A stretch of DNA of 64,000 nucleotides from an uncultured Candidatus Saccharibacteria bacterium (GTDB lineage: Bacteria > Patescibacteriota > Doudnabacteria > UBA920), in contig CAZHIA010000003.1 in NCBI GenBank assembly GCA_964532425.1, positions 117,365 to 181,364 of the forward strand, given 5' to 3'. The position numbers and the translations under genes are program-made. The number at the start of each line of letters is the position of its first letter. Within the stretch, counting starts at the first letter, position 1. Shown here one piece after another: positions 45,633 to 54,816 of this stretch. The notes beneath the pieces are model-generated. The model was not told the origin of the DNA. It was given only the letters and a program-made list of their open reading frames with translations, and ran no database searches.

Positions 45633-46784
45633 TTAAGCTATGATTCCCCCGCCCACGCATATCTTGCCATCGTATAAGACCAAGCTCTGGCCGGACGCGA
45701 TAGACTTTTGGGGAGTTTTGAAATGAACCAGGTACGTACCGCCATCTTTTTGTTCGATCGTGAGCGGGACTAAATCACCCTGATGACGGAAGCGGCCTGC
45801 CAGCTGCCAGCTTTTAGCTTCTAGCTTATAGGCTATAGCTTCAGGCTGCGCAATCCAGTTCAAAGAATGTAAGGTAATATCCAGGACTTGCAGCGCTTTG
45901 TCGTCCGGGTCATTGGTCACGTACAGGGTGTTGTCATTCAGGTCCTTGCGCACGACAAAATACGGCCCGCTGGCACCAACCTTAATACCCTGACGTTGGC
46001 CAATGGTATAGTTATGAAGGCCTTCATGCTGACCGATGGCATTACCATGCTGGTCGATAATCGGCCCCGGCTTGGGTTTGAGCTTTTGTTCCAAAAAATC
46101 CTTCAGGCGAATCTTACCGACAAAGCACAGCCCCATGCTTTCCTGGCGACTTGCGTTCGGCAATCCGATCTTTGCCGCCAGCTTTTTCACTTCGGCTTTC
46201 TTCATCTCGCCAATCGGAAACAGCAGATGCGGTAACTGTTCGGGCTTGATGTTGTAAATGAAATAGGTCTGATCTTTGAATTCGTCAACGCTACGCTCAA
46301 GTTGAAAATGCAAAGTTAAAAATTCAAAATTACGTGGTGTGTTATCACTTTTAACTTTTAACTTTTCACTTTTCACTATCCTTGCATAATGCCCGGTCGC
46401 CAAATAGTCAAACCCATGCTCCATGGCCCAGTTATAGAGCAGCTTGAACTTGATCTCCTTATTGCACATGACATCCGGATTCGGCGTACGCCCGGCTTCG
46501 TACTCGCGAAAAAAATACTCCATCACCGTGTCCTGGTACTGCCTTTCGAAATCGAGCGTGTAGAGCGGAATCTTCAAAAACGCGGCTACGCGCAGCGCTT
46601 CCTGCCGGTCAGCCAGCCAAGGGCACTCACTCTTTAAAAGACCTTCGGTCAAAGACCAGTTTTTCATAAAAGCTGCTTCAACTTCGTATCCAGCCCGAAT
46701 GAGCAGGTATGCCGAAACAGCAGAATCAATTCCGCCGGAAAGGGCGACGAGCACCTTATTTTTTTGGCCGCTCTTGCGTTTCAT
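45633..46784 (-). CDS. mnmA: tRNA-specific 2-thiouridylase MnmA.
   Basis: PP-loop VLVALSGGIDSAV, ATGHYAR, and C-terminal GKICVGGGII. Contains an in-frame insert of about 16 aa that coincides with the heptamer-array element at 46301-46377. Confidence 0.9.
   Translation of the reverse strand: MKRKSGQKNKVLVALSGGIDSAVSAYLLIRAGYEVEAAFMKNWSLTEGLLKSECPWLADRQEALRVAAFLKIPLYTLDFERQYQDTVMEYFFREYEAGRTPNPDVMCNKEIKFKLLYNWAMEHGFDYLATGHYARIVKSEKLKVKSDNTPRNFEFLTLHFQLERSVDEFKDQTYFIYNIKPEQLPHLLFPIGEMKKAEVKKLAAKIGLPNASRQESMGLCFVGKIRLKDFLEQKLKPKPGPIIDQHGNAIGQHEGLHNYTIGQRQGIKVGASGPYFVVRKDLNDNTLYVTNDPDDKALQVLDITLHSLNWIAQPEAIAYKLEAKSWQLAGRFRHQGDLVPLTIEQKDGGTYLVHFKTPQKSIASGQSLVLYDGKICVGGGIIA
46301..46377. repeat. 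Inverted heptamer-array element lying in frame inside mnmA (gttgaaa atgcaaa gttaaaa attcaaa ... actttta actttta acttttc acttttc).
   Basis: 4x perfect/near-perfect 7-mers. Encodes the extra segment ...KSEKLKVKSDNTPRNFEFLTLHFQ... which is absent from E. coli MnmA at this position. Confidence 0.65.
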
Positions 46785-46842
46785 GGTATTATATTTTACC
46801 AGAATTTGATATAATTGAAAAGTCCAATAATTATTTCAACAT

Positions 46843-47403
46843 ATGAGAGATCGCCTTACATTCAGTTTTGACACGCATGCTGAAATGCCAAAACAGCGCG
46901 AAGTCGAGACATTTATAACTCCGGACATGCAGCCGCGGGAGTTTAAACAAATCAGCGAGGCAGACTTAGAAGCTGGAAATGAAATGATGGTATCAGAAAT
47001 CGCTACCCGGCAGGTAGAAAAAGGGGTGGATGCTCATGGCGAAACACTTATCGACATGGTACCCGAATTTAACCATGCAAAAAAAATCCGAGTAAAAATC
47101 CTCAACCCTCACCACAATACGGACGGGATGGATGTTGTTCTTTACGAAGAATCCCACCCAATTTTCAAGCAAAAACCCGGCTCAAAAGCAGATAAGCCTG
47201 AATACGAACTCGGTCAAGACGGTTATCCGGTCCCAGAGATAGATGCCGCTACGAAAAATTTTAAATATACCGCTCCCCGAACAGTATGGGGAAGCCGTTC
47301 ACGTTTTACCACCTATGTCCAAAATACTGGTGAGATTACAGCTGAAAAGCGACGAGCTGCGGAACAGGCAGCGGAAGCCGAGTCGCGGAAAAAGGCAGCA
47401 TAG
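46843..47403 (+). CDS. Hypothetical protein (186 aa).
   Basis: ORF plus the terminator at 47407-47435. Confidence 0.5.
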   Translation: MRDRLTFSFDTHAEMPKQREVETFITPDMQPREFKQISEADLEAGNEMMVSEIATRQVEKGVDAHGETLIDMVPEFNHAKKIRVKILNPHHNTDGMDVVLYEESHPIFKQKPGSKADKPEYELGQDGYPVPEIDAATKNFKYTAPRTVWGSRSRFTTYVQNTGEITAEKRRAAEQAAEAESRKKAA

Positions 47404-47406
47404 CAA

Positions 47407-47435
47407 AATCCCGGGATACCCCGGGATTTTCATTT
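47407..47435. terminator. Bidirectional terminator aatcccggg-atac-cccgggatt.
   Basis: Seen directly in the sequence. Confidence 0.75.
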
Positions 47436-47852
47436 TACCAGTACTGTTATTAAAATTCCTGCCGTGACCAACACTCCGCCAAGCACATTGCCTAATGTCG
47501 GACGCTCGCCCAGGAACAAGAAGGCCAAGACGATAGTTAAAGCTACAGAGAGCTTATCGATGGGCGCTACACGGCTGGCTTGACCAAGTTGCAAGGCTTT
47601 GTAATAGAACAGCCAGGAAAGGCCGGTGGCCAGGGCAGACAAGACGATGAACAACATTGAGTGCCGCGAAATGAATTTCACCTGCCCTGCTGTCCCCTCC
47701 AGCCAGACTATTCCCCAGGCAAAGAACACGATAATCAGAGTTCGGATTGCCACTGCCAGATTACTGTTGACACCTTTAATGCCGATCTTGCCGAATATCG
47801 CCACTAATGAAGCAAAGAAAGCGGACAATACGGCATATATCACCCAATTCAT
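47430..47852 (-). CDS. EamA-like (DMT superfamily) small transporter.
   Basis: 4-TM EamA domain: FGKIGIKG, LGQASRVAPIDKLSVALTIVLAFLFLGE. Confidence 0.7.
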   Translation of the reverse strand: MNWVIYAVLSAFFASLVAIFGKIGIKGVNSNLAVAIRTLIIVFFAWGIVWLEGTAGQVKFISRHSMLFIVLSALATGLSWLFYYKALQLGQASRVAPIDKLSVALTIVLAFLFLGERPTLGNVLGGVLVTAGILITVLVK

Positions 47853-48346
47853 TTCTTAGTTAGATAATGTTTATAAAACAAGAAAAGCAGTTCTGGATGG
47901 AATTTCTCCCCATTCTCTATCATAGTTTGGATTTCAGGTACAGTAAAATACACGGCTTCGGCCACTTCGTTCGGATCCAGCCGCAATGTACCACTGTACG
48001 AACCTTCGAAAGTTTCCAATATTTTTGGTATCTGCTGTTCAACGCTTATGTACTGGTCTTTGAACTTCATCTCAAGGGGAATTGAAACTCCAATCTCTTC
48101 TGACATCTCACGCAATGCGGCTTGCTCAAACGATTCTCCGCTACGAACATGCCCCCCAGCAGAAGTAACCCAATGACCGGGTTTAAAAGATACCTCCCCG
48201 CTTCGCTTTTGCAATAAAAGCTTGCCATTGGAATCTCGCAACATAACATGAACAATCCGGTGGCGAAGCTTCTGAGCGTACACCTCGTCCCGTGTCGCAC
48301 TCCCGACAACCTCATCATTTTCATTAATGATATCGAGAGATTCCAT
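47849..48346 (-). CDS. Nudix hydrolase.
   Basis: Canonical Nudix box GGHVRSGESFEQAALREMSEEIGV. Confidence 0.85.
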   Translation of the reverse strand: MESLDIINENDEVVGSATRDEVYAQKLRHRIVHVMLRDSNGKLLLQKRSGEVSFKPGHWVTSAGGHVRSGESFEQAALREMSEEIGVSIPLEMKFKDQYISVEQQIPKILETFEGSYSGTLRLDPNEVAEAVYFTVPEIQTMIENGEKFHPELLFLFYKHYLTKK

Positions 48347-48394
48347 GGTTTTCTGATTCCAATTTTATTTAATTTTAATTAATCTTACTTAATT

Positions 48395-49072
48395 TTACTT
48401 ATTCAAGTATTGTTCTATCTGCTTCTTCATCCCGTCCAGCGCCTGATTCTGCAGTTCGTGACCATTAAAGTAGAAGGTCGGTGTACCGCGGACACCTAAG
48501 GCTATGGACTGGTTATACTGTTGCTGGAGGTACGGCTTGTACTTGTCGGAGTTCATGTCCTGTTCGAATTTTGCAATATTCGAAACACCGACGGTCTGGG
48601 CATACTGGATAAACGCCTGGCGCGGATCGATCATGTTCTCCCAAGCTTGCTGGTTGGAGAACAATTGATCATGCATTTCCCAAAACTTACCCTGCTCCCC
48701 TGCCGCTTCAGCCGCATAAGAAGCAATGACGGAATTCTTATGAATCTGGAATATTGGGTAGTAACGGAATACTAGCACCGTATCCGGCTCCTGGTCGACA
48801 AGCTGCTTAATTACCGGATTGAATGCCGCGCAGGCTGGACACTGAAAGTCCTCGTAGGTAACCAGAACATTCTTAGCCTGGGGATTACCGAGCACATGAT
48901 CGGCCTTTGCATCAACCGGCGGCACGGTTTGGATAGGCTGCAGGTCTTTCGGATCATCCAGCTTGGTCGTAAAACTGACCTGCTGATTGTTTTGCGGAGA
49001 CAGGCTATAGAGATAGTATCCCAAACCTACGGCCACAAGGACGATCACGATTATAGTGATGGTTTTTTTCAT
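48395..49072 (-). CDS. DsbA-like thioredoxin-fold thiol:disulfide oxidoreductase, membrane-anchored.
   Basis: N-terminal TM helix; FQCPACAAF CxxC active site. Confidence 0.7.
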   Translation of the reverse strand: MKKTITIIVIVLVAVGLGYYLYSLSPQNNQQVSFTTKLDDPKDLQPIQTVPPVDAKADHVLGNPQAKNVLVTYEDFQCPACAAFNPVIKQLVDQEPDTVLVFRYYPIFQIHKNSVIASYAAEAAGEQGKFWEMHDQLFSNQQAWENMIDPRQAFIQYAQTVGVSNIAKFEQDMNSDKYKPYLQQQYNQSIALGVRGTPTFYFNGHELQNQALDGMKKQIEQYLNK

Positions 49073-49090
49073 ACTGGTCTATAATGATTA

Positions 49091-50008
49091 TTAAGGTAAA
49101 GATAGTACAGTTGAGGTACCGAGCACAGAACCGACCGGACCAAAGGCCTTGGCCAGGCTCCCGAGCATGGTCAGCTGCTTTGTCTCGGAGAATTGTGTGC
49201 TCGAGCTGCGGCTGCCAAATACGACGACAATGAACCGGTTGTCATACCGGTCAGCAAGCACGCTCGCAAAATTATACTGGGACTCTTCCAAGTATCCAGT
49301 CTTGCCGCCGATGACGGTCACATCCCCATCAGCCAACAATTTGTCGGTATTCTTAACGTTATGCGAGTACTTCTTGCTATTGGTCGCACGGAACGAGTAC
49401 GCGGGAGTCGTTGCGATTTTATGAATGAGATCATTGCCGAAGGCGGCGCTTGCCACCTTGGCGTAATCGGATGCGGTAGTTACGTTGTCAGGAGACATGC
49501 CGGTCGGTTCAACAAAATGGGTATCCGTCGCACCGAGCGCTTTAGCTTTGGCATTCATGCGCCGGACGAACTCATCTTGAGAAAGCCCTGTCGACCGTGC
49601 GACGGCCATGGTCGCATTGTTGGCTGAGGCAATCAGAGAAGCATGGAACAGGTCATCAAGGCGGTAGGAAATGCCAGGCTTAGTAGCGATGCATGCACCG
49701 CCTGAACTGCAGCCGCCGCCTGTCTGGTCAGAGGCCTTCATCACTACGGACTTTTTCAGATTCGGCTTGGTATCCAAAAAGACCAAAGCAGTCACCAGCT
49801 TGGTCAAGCTGGCTGGTGTCCAGGCCTGGGAGGCATTCTTTTCCAAAAGTACGCTGCCCGAAATCCGGTCAACAACAATATACGAATTGGCCGTAACATT
49901 CGCCTGCTCGACCATGTTGATCACCGGAGGCATTTCCAAAGCTGAAGCTGCCAGCGGAGCCAGCACCATTCCCGCAGCAAGTACTATCAGTTGTATTTTT
50001 CTGTTCAT
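49091..50008 (-). CDS. Serine-type D-Ala-D-Ala carboxypeptidase (PBP5/S11 family). The start is uncertain; the ORF extends in frame to 50119.
   Basis: SxxK (ASLTK), SxN (ASANN) and KTG (GGKTGY) motifs; signal peptide. Confidence 0.85.
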   Translation of the reverse strand: MNRKIQLIVLAAGMVLAPLAASALEMPPVINMVEQANVTANSYIVVDRISGSVLLEKNASQAWTPASLTKLVTALVFLDTKPNLKKSVVMKASDQTGGGCSSGGACIATKPGISYRLDDLFHASLIASANNATMAVARSTGLSQDEFVRRMNAKAKALGATDTHFVEPTGMSPDNVTTASDYAKVASAAFGNDLIHKIATTPAYSFRATNSKKYSHNVKNTDKLLADGDVTVIGGKTGYLEESQYNFASVLADRYDNRFIVVVFGSRSSSTQFSETKQLTMLGSLAKAFGPVGSVLGTSTVLSLP

Positions 50009-50160
50009 CAATACTATTTGAATTACGGTTATTCTAAGAAGATAATGAATCCCTTTAGCACCCTCTGCTTCAGCGTAATATCCGCGTTCCGCCTCCGCCA
50101 GCAGGCGGATGGCGGACATCAGCGCCTGCCCCGTCGGATGACGGGGACAGATCAGCGGTA

Positions 50161-50442
50161 TTATTGCTGCATCATATTCCCGAACTTCGACTGCAACATT
50201 TTCTTATGCTGCTTATTAAGGTCCTCGAGAGCCGCGCGAATATGGCGCGCAATCTCGCTTTTGTCGCCGACTACTGCCGCATCAACCTCAACGCTTTTAA
50301 CATTCTGGTTGCCATCCATCGTGATCTTAATCAGACCACCACTGCTCGAACCGGTGACTGTTTCCTGGGCTAGCATTAACTCGATCTGCTTAGCCTGCTT
50401 GCGCATCTCATTGATATCTTTGAGCTTGTCTAAAAATCCCAT
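50161..50442 (-). CDS. ybaB: Nucleoid-associated protein YbaB/EbfC.
   Basis: GSSSGGLIKITMDGNQNVKSVEVD, typical of the YbaB family. Confidence 0.9.
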   Translation of the reverse strand: MGFLDKLKDINEMRKQAKQIELMLAQETVTGSSSGGLIKITMDGNQNVKSVEVDAAVVGDKSEIARHIRAALEDLNKQHKKMLQSKFGNMMQQ

Positions 50443-50479
50443 AGTAGTTTCTTCCTTTCTCGAGGCTTGTTTGAAATAT

Positions 50480-50514
50480 CCCCGTAGGGGACGGTCGCGA
50501 CCGTCCCCTACAAG
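50480..50514. repeat. REP-like unit cccgtaggggacggtcgcgaccgtcccctacaagg.
   Basis: GTAGGG-GACGGTCGCGACCGTC-CCCTAC. Confidence 0.75.
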
Positions 50515-50597
50515 GACAGGGAACGTTGCATATCAATCCAAGCACCACATCCGATTCACACCGGACATCAATAATAATTTTTTGATTAATATGTATC

Positions 50598-51731
50598 TTA
50601 CTGAGGGTTCTGTCTCATTCGCTGCCAGATGACCAACCACCACGCGCCAAGTGTCATTAGGAAGACCACAAATACTACAAGCCAACCGATGACCGGAATG
50701 AGCCGTAAAATGGTCCACGCCAGCACCCCAACCAGCACAATCTGCCAGTCCCGGGGCTGGGGCCGCTTGCCCACCCGTTTCATCAGCCAGCTGCCGGCCA
50801 GCAAAGCACTCTGTAATCCCGCTATGAGCAGCATAAGGATATACGCAAGCAGCACGACTGCGGCAACATAATACCCAATTAAGGTAGCAAACAGTATGAC
50901 AATCGCAATCGGGACCGCAACAAGCAGCAGTAGTCCCGTCCCAAGGGCAACCCACGGCCTGCGCCAAACAGTTTCCTCAAGTTCCTGGAAGCTGCCGCGG
51001 CGCAGTCTAAGCAGTAAGAACGAGGCGATCAGCCATGCCAACAAGGTAATGAAGAATGAAGCCGTGGTAAGCCCTGCCCGCTTATGCCAGGAGCGCGGCT
51101 GCTGCTGGGTGAAATTGATGGATGAAATTTTAGCAGACGGATCAACGCTGGCTGGACGAGGGCCTTTGTACGTTATAGTTCCCGAAGCCGCTGCTTTCGG
51201 TCCGAAGACCAGGTCTTGGGAAGCTTGCACATCTATTCTGCCTCCCACCGTGCTATTGATGGCAATCCTTCCGCCCGCGGCTTTGATATTGCCGGTCACT
51301 GGACCGTTCAACTCTACCATGCCACCACCGATAACAAGATCGCCCCCAACCGTAGCAGTATCAGAAATAACCACCGTACCCCCGGCTACCACCAGATCGC
51401 CTGCCACCGGGCCGTTGATCGTAATATTGCCGCCGGCGATGCGAGCATTGGAACCAACCTTGCCGGACGCGACAATGGTGCCACCGGCTGCCAGCAAATC
51501 CTGATCAACCGTACCAGTAACCGTGATGGTCCCACCTGCCACGGTGAGATCGCTTTGTACCGGCCCGTTAATGACCACGGTATTTCCTGCTGTATACAAA
51601 TTTTTATGGGTCTCGCCGGCCGCGGTAGTTATCTGGCCGGATTGGCCGGGCATCACAAACTCGGCCGCTTGGGCGCTGGGAGCCAGAACAAACATGGACA
51701 CCAGCCCCGCAACCCAAAATAGTTTTTTCAT
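50598..51731 (-). CDS. Secreted protein with bactofilin-like (polymer-forming cytoskeletal / DUF583) beta-helical repeats and a C-terminal multi-TM anchor.
   Basis: Signal peptide; repeats GDLVVAGGTVVISDTATVGGDLVIGGGMVELNGPVTGNIKAAGGRIAIN; C-terminal hydrophobic helices. Confidence 0.55.
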   Translation of the reverse strand: MKKLFWVAGLVSMFVLAPSAQAAEFVMPGQSGQITTAAGETHKNLYTAGNTVVINGPVQSDLTVAGGTITVTGTVDQDLLAAGGTIVASGKVGSNARIAGGNITINGPVAGDLVVAGGTVVISDTATVGGDLVIGGGMVELNGPVTGNIKAAGGRIAINSTVGGRIDVQASQDLVFGPKAAASGTITYKGPRPASVDPSAKISSINFTQQQPRSWHKRAGLTTASFFITLLAWLIASFLLLRLRRGSFQELEETVWRRPWVALGTGLLLLVAVPIAIVILFATLIGYYVAAVVLLAYILMLLIAGLQSALLAGSWLMKRVGKRPQPRDWQIVLVGVLAWTILRLIPVIGWLVVFVVFLMTLGAWWLVIWQRMRQNPQ

Positions 51732-51823
51732 ACATGTATGGCTTAATATATGTCACATTATACCATTTTTAAAAGATTTTCGCACGTTCTGTGCGAAAAT
51801 CAACCGTGACACTTCCTCATAAC

Positions 51824-52549
51824 CTAGGAGGCAGGTGTCGCGGGTTGCGGCGGTGTAAAAATTTCCAGCTTGACCTTGTCCTGGGGATGACCCTTGCGCG
51901 CCAGAAGTGACCGCAGGTCTTTGACCGCTTCAATACCGCCGCACAGAAAGAACGTATGATCGGTGTAATACTCGTAGGCCACGTCTAAGTATGTGGTCAC
52001 GCGACCCATTTCACCAGGCCAGTGGCTTTTTGGCCGGCTGAGTATGGGAATGAATTTGAAATTCTTATAGAGATTGGCCAGATGACTGAAACGATCAAAG
52101 TAAAACACATCTTCTTCTGACCTGACGCCGAACAGCAGATGCAGGTCATGTTCATAGCCGCGCGCAAGCGCATCCGGGATCATTGACGCGAACGGCGCCA
52201 CGCCCACGCCAGTGGCGACCATAAAATAATTTTGCGATAGATCTCGAATGGTAAAATTACCGCTCGGTCCCACCATGTCGACCACCGCACCCGGCTCTGC
52301 CGCTCGAAAAAATTCAGAAGCCACGCCGTGGTTCAAGAGTTCGGCGCAAAACTTCAGATGTCGAGCGTCAACTCCTGGACCCGGCACGGAAACGATGGAA
52401 TACGACCGCAGGACCTTTCCGAACTTGAATTGCATGAACTGACCGGCTGCAAATTGCACCGGCTTATCCGAAACAATCTCCACGTCCAATTCAACGACGT
52501 TTTGGGTTAAAAACTTTTTTGCAGTAATGCGGCCGGAATATTCGGACAT
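51824..52549 (-). CDS. Ferredoxin-NADP reductase-like FAD/NAD(P)-binding oxidoreductase.
   Basis: RSYSI (RxYS) and GVGVAPF motifs. Confidence 0.75.
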   Translation of the reverse strand: MSEYSGRITAKKFLTQNVVELDVEIVSDKPVQFAAGQFMQFKFGKVLRSYSIVSVPGPGVDARHLKFCAELLNHGVASEFFRAAEPGAVVDMVGPSGNFTIRDLSQNYFMVATGVGVAPFASMIPDALARGYEHDLHLLFGVRSEEDVFYFDRFSHLANLYKNFKFIPILSRPKSHWPGEMGRVTTYLDVAYEYYTDHTFFLCGGIEAVKDLRSLLARKGHPQDKVKLEIFTPPQPATPAS

Positions 52550-52768
52550 AAATCACCAGTTAATACACCATGCTTTATAAAAGTATATCACTTCTTGAAA
52601 TCTATTGACAAAAAATGATTTTTATGATAAAATCCTGTCCATGGTGCGGCTGGGAGATTCTGCTCAGTCTGCCATGACGCCAAAGGCGTGAACGACCATT
52701 ATCACTTTCTTATTTCTAAGTGGCATTGATCGCACGTAAACCTTCTGGCGGACAACCAGGAGGAATGT

Positions 52769-52999
52769 GTGAGCGACTGCTACTACTGCAAGTGGAGAAA
52801 CGGGCACCATGACCCGGATTGCCCCAACCTGACCCCGGCCAACTCACCCGAGCGCAAGCTCTATGAGAAAGGTTGGGAGGATGGGCGGCAGGCCAAACCC
52901 GAAACCTCGGATCATCCGGCGTACAAACTGGGCTACGGCAACGGAATGTGCGCTTTGGAAGAATACGAGAACGGATTCGATCCGCGGTTCATGGAATAG
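52769..52999 (+). CDS. Small Cys-containing hypothetical protein, GTG start.
   Basis: AGGAGG SD; terminator at 53018-53048. Confidence 0.4.
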   Translation: MSDCYYCKWRNGHHDPDCPNLTPANSPERKLYEKGWEDGRQAKPETSDHPAYKLGYGNGMCALEEYENGFDPRFME

Positions 53000-53017
53000 C
53001 CAGGCAGATACAACAAC

Positions 53018-53048
53018 CCGGAGAGGAGCAATCCTCTCCGGTTTTTTT
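53018..53048 (+). terminator. Rho-independent terminator ccggagagga-gcaat-cctctccgg + TTTTTTT.
   Basis: Seen directly in the sequence. Confidence 0.8.
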
Positions 53049-53055
53049 ATTTCCT

Positions 53056-53925
53056 TTATTTATTCGCGCAGGCATCGAAGTTTTCAACCTGCTGGTTGTA
53101 GGCTGCGATGAGCGACTGGAGCTGGCCGAGGCGGGTATCGTAGGAAATAACCAAATCATTGAACTGCCGCACCTGCTCATTGTATGCATCAGCTTCCTGC
53201 TTGGTCGTCGGCGTCTGACTGCTGAGCCAGGCTTTCCATTCCTCAATTTTCTTGAGCGTGGTCTGCAGCTCGGTCCGCTGGCTATCAATGCTCGCTTTCG
53301 CTGACTGGTCCACAGTAGGACAATCCGAAAGCGGCCTGCCGAACTCCTGGACTGCCAGCCAGACCGTCTGGCCCTCATACTGGCCTTTCCCGACCGCTAC
53401 CCCAATTTCCGTATACCGATCATTTAAAATATTGGCCCTATGGCCCGGGCTGTTCATCCAAGCATCTACGAGCGCTGCGTCATTTTTAAAGTCGCCTAAA
53501 GCCAGATTTTCGCCTTCTACAATGAATTGATACCCGACCTGGGTAGCCAAGCCATCCGGACCGACCCCCTGGGGGGAAACATGCTCGAAGTACTGTTTGG
53601 CGAACATGTCTTTAACTTTCAGTTGGGCGGCTTGGTCCAGCTTGCTGTTTTCTTTCAGCGCCGGCAAGTTACCATTAGCCCGGCGTTGCTGATTCGTCGC
53701 CGCAACCGTTCCAGTCACAGTCAATTTACCTACTGCGGAAGGTGTAGAAGGGGGTGCCTTGAGCGGCGGCGGGGTCGAGATATCTTTTTGAACATCCTTA
53801 ACCAGCTGCCCTACGGTCTGGATCTGGCGCGTGCTGGGAAGACGGTGCAAATATTTCTCTATTGCAAACCGGTAATTCCAGGCAACAGCAGCAAGGAGTA
53901 TGACAATGATGACGGATTTTTTCAT
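53056..53925 (-). CDS. CAP-domain (SCP/YkwD-like) secreted protein with an N-terminal anchor and a C-terminal coiled-coil.
   Basis: HVSPQG...WMNSPGHRANIL...YTEIGVAV (CAP motifs). Confidence 0.8.
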   Translation of the reverse strand: MKKSVIIVILLAAVAWNYRFAIEKYLHRLPSTRQIQTVGQLVKDVQKDISTPPPLKAPPSTPSAVGKLTVTGTVAATNQQRRANGNLPALKENSKLDQAAQLKVKDMFAKQYFEHVSPQGVGPDGLATQVGYQFIVEGENLALGDFKNDAALVDAWMNSPGHRANILNDRYTEIGVAVGKGQYEGQTVWLAVQEFGRPLSDCPTVDQSAKASIDSQRTELQTTLKKIEEWKAWLSSQTPTTKQEADAYNEQVRQFNDLVISYDTRLGQLQSLIAAYNQQVENFDACANK

Positions 53926-54000
53926 ATTTATAAATTTCTTTCAACCTCAGTTCTAACTAAATTTCGCGGGGTGGCCCGCCGAGGGAATAACTGCGGATAA

Positions 54001-54140
54001 AATTCGAATATCGAAATACTAAATCCGAAACAAACTCTAAATTATAAACTCTAAATAACAAACTTTCTGCTTCGAATTTGAAATATTAGAATTTGGAATT
54101 TGTTTCGAATTTCGGGATTCGAATTTAGAATTTATTTTCG
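54001..54140. repeat. A/T-rich 7-bp-periodic repeat region (aattcga atatcga ... aacaaac tctaaat ... cgaattt cgggatt cgaattt agaattt).
   Basis: 7-bp phase is maintained over about 140 bp; the left units (aattcga) are inverted relative to the right units (cgaattt). Confidence 0.5.
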
Positions 54141-54177
54141 GACACCAAAAAATGCCATTAACAATATCAAAACCGCA

Positions 54178-54744
54178 TCATAACCCCAATATCCCCGAGA
54201 TAGGCCGCAATGCCCCAATAACAAAATTAATATGTTCGTCCTTATCGACGCCTAACTCCGCTATCCCCTGCTCAATGTCATCGCGGCTGACTTTGGCGGC
54301 AAAACTTTTATCTTTGAGCTTCTTTTTTACCGACGGCGCTTCCAGAGTCAACAAATGGTCGGGCCGCATGTAAGCACAGGCAGTAATAAAGCCGCACAGC
54401 TCATCCACGGCAAACAGAACTTTGGCCATTTGCAATTTCCGCGGCACGCCGCTGTAGGTGGCGTGACCTAAAATTGCCTCGATCATTTCCGCGGGGTAGC
54501 CCAAATGTTCCAGCTCTTTGACTCCTTCGAACGGGTGGCCAGTCTTTGCAACAGGATCCACCGTTGGAAACCGCTCGTAATCAAAGTCATGCAGCAAGCC
54601 GGTAATCCCCCACAGCTCTTCGTCCTCACCAAACTTTTTAGCATACGCCCGCATAGCTGCCTCAACTGCATACATATGCCGGCGCAGGCTTTCGGACTGT
54701 ACCCAGTCATGCAATAGAAGGTTGGATTGTTCTCTGGTGATCAT
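54178..54744 (-). CDS. HD-domain phosphohydrolase.
   Basis: H...HD motif (LLHDWVQ ... GLLHDFDYE). Confidence 0.75.
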   Translation of the reverse strand: MITREQSNLLLHDWVQSESLRRHMYAVEAAMRAYAKKFGEDEELWGITGLLHDFDYERFPTVDPVAKTGHPFEGVKELEHLGYPAEMIEAILGHATYSGVPRKLQMAKVLFAVDELCGFITACAYMRPDHLLTLEAPSVKKKLKDKSFAAKVSRDDIEQGIAELGVDKDEHINFVIGALRPISGILGL

Positions 54745-54770
54745 AGTACGATTGGCTTGGTACGGGCCGG

Positions 54771-54799
54771 TCGCGACCGGCCCCTACGACACTAAATTT
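54771..54799. repeat. REP-like unit gtacgggccggtcgcgaccggcccctacg.
   Basis: Same family as 50480-50514. Confidence 0.7.
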
Positions 54800-54816
54800 T
54801 TCTATATTTAAATTTT

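Noticed and set aside
50533-51722. ORFs 50533-50967, 50896-51504 and 51216-51722, rich in Ala/Gly/Cys.
   Set aside because: They overlap the bactofilin-repeat gene 50598-51731 in other frames; the repetitive G/A/T-rich protein repeats create long spurious ORFs.
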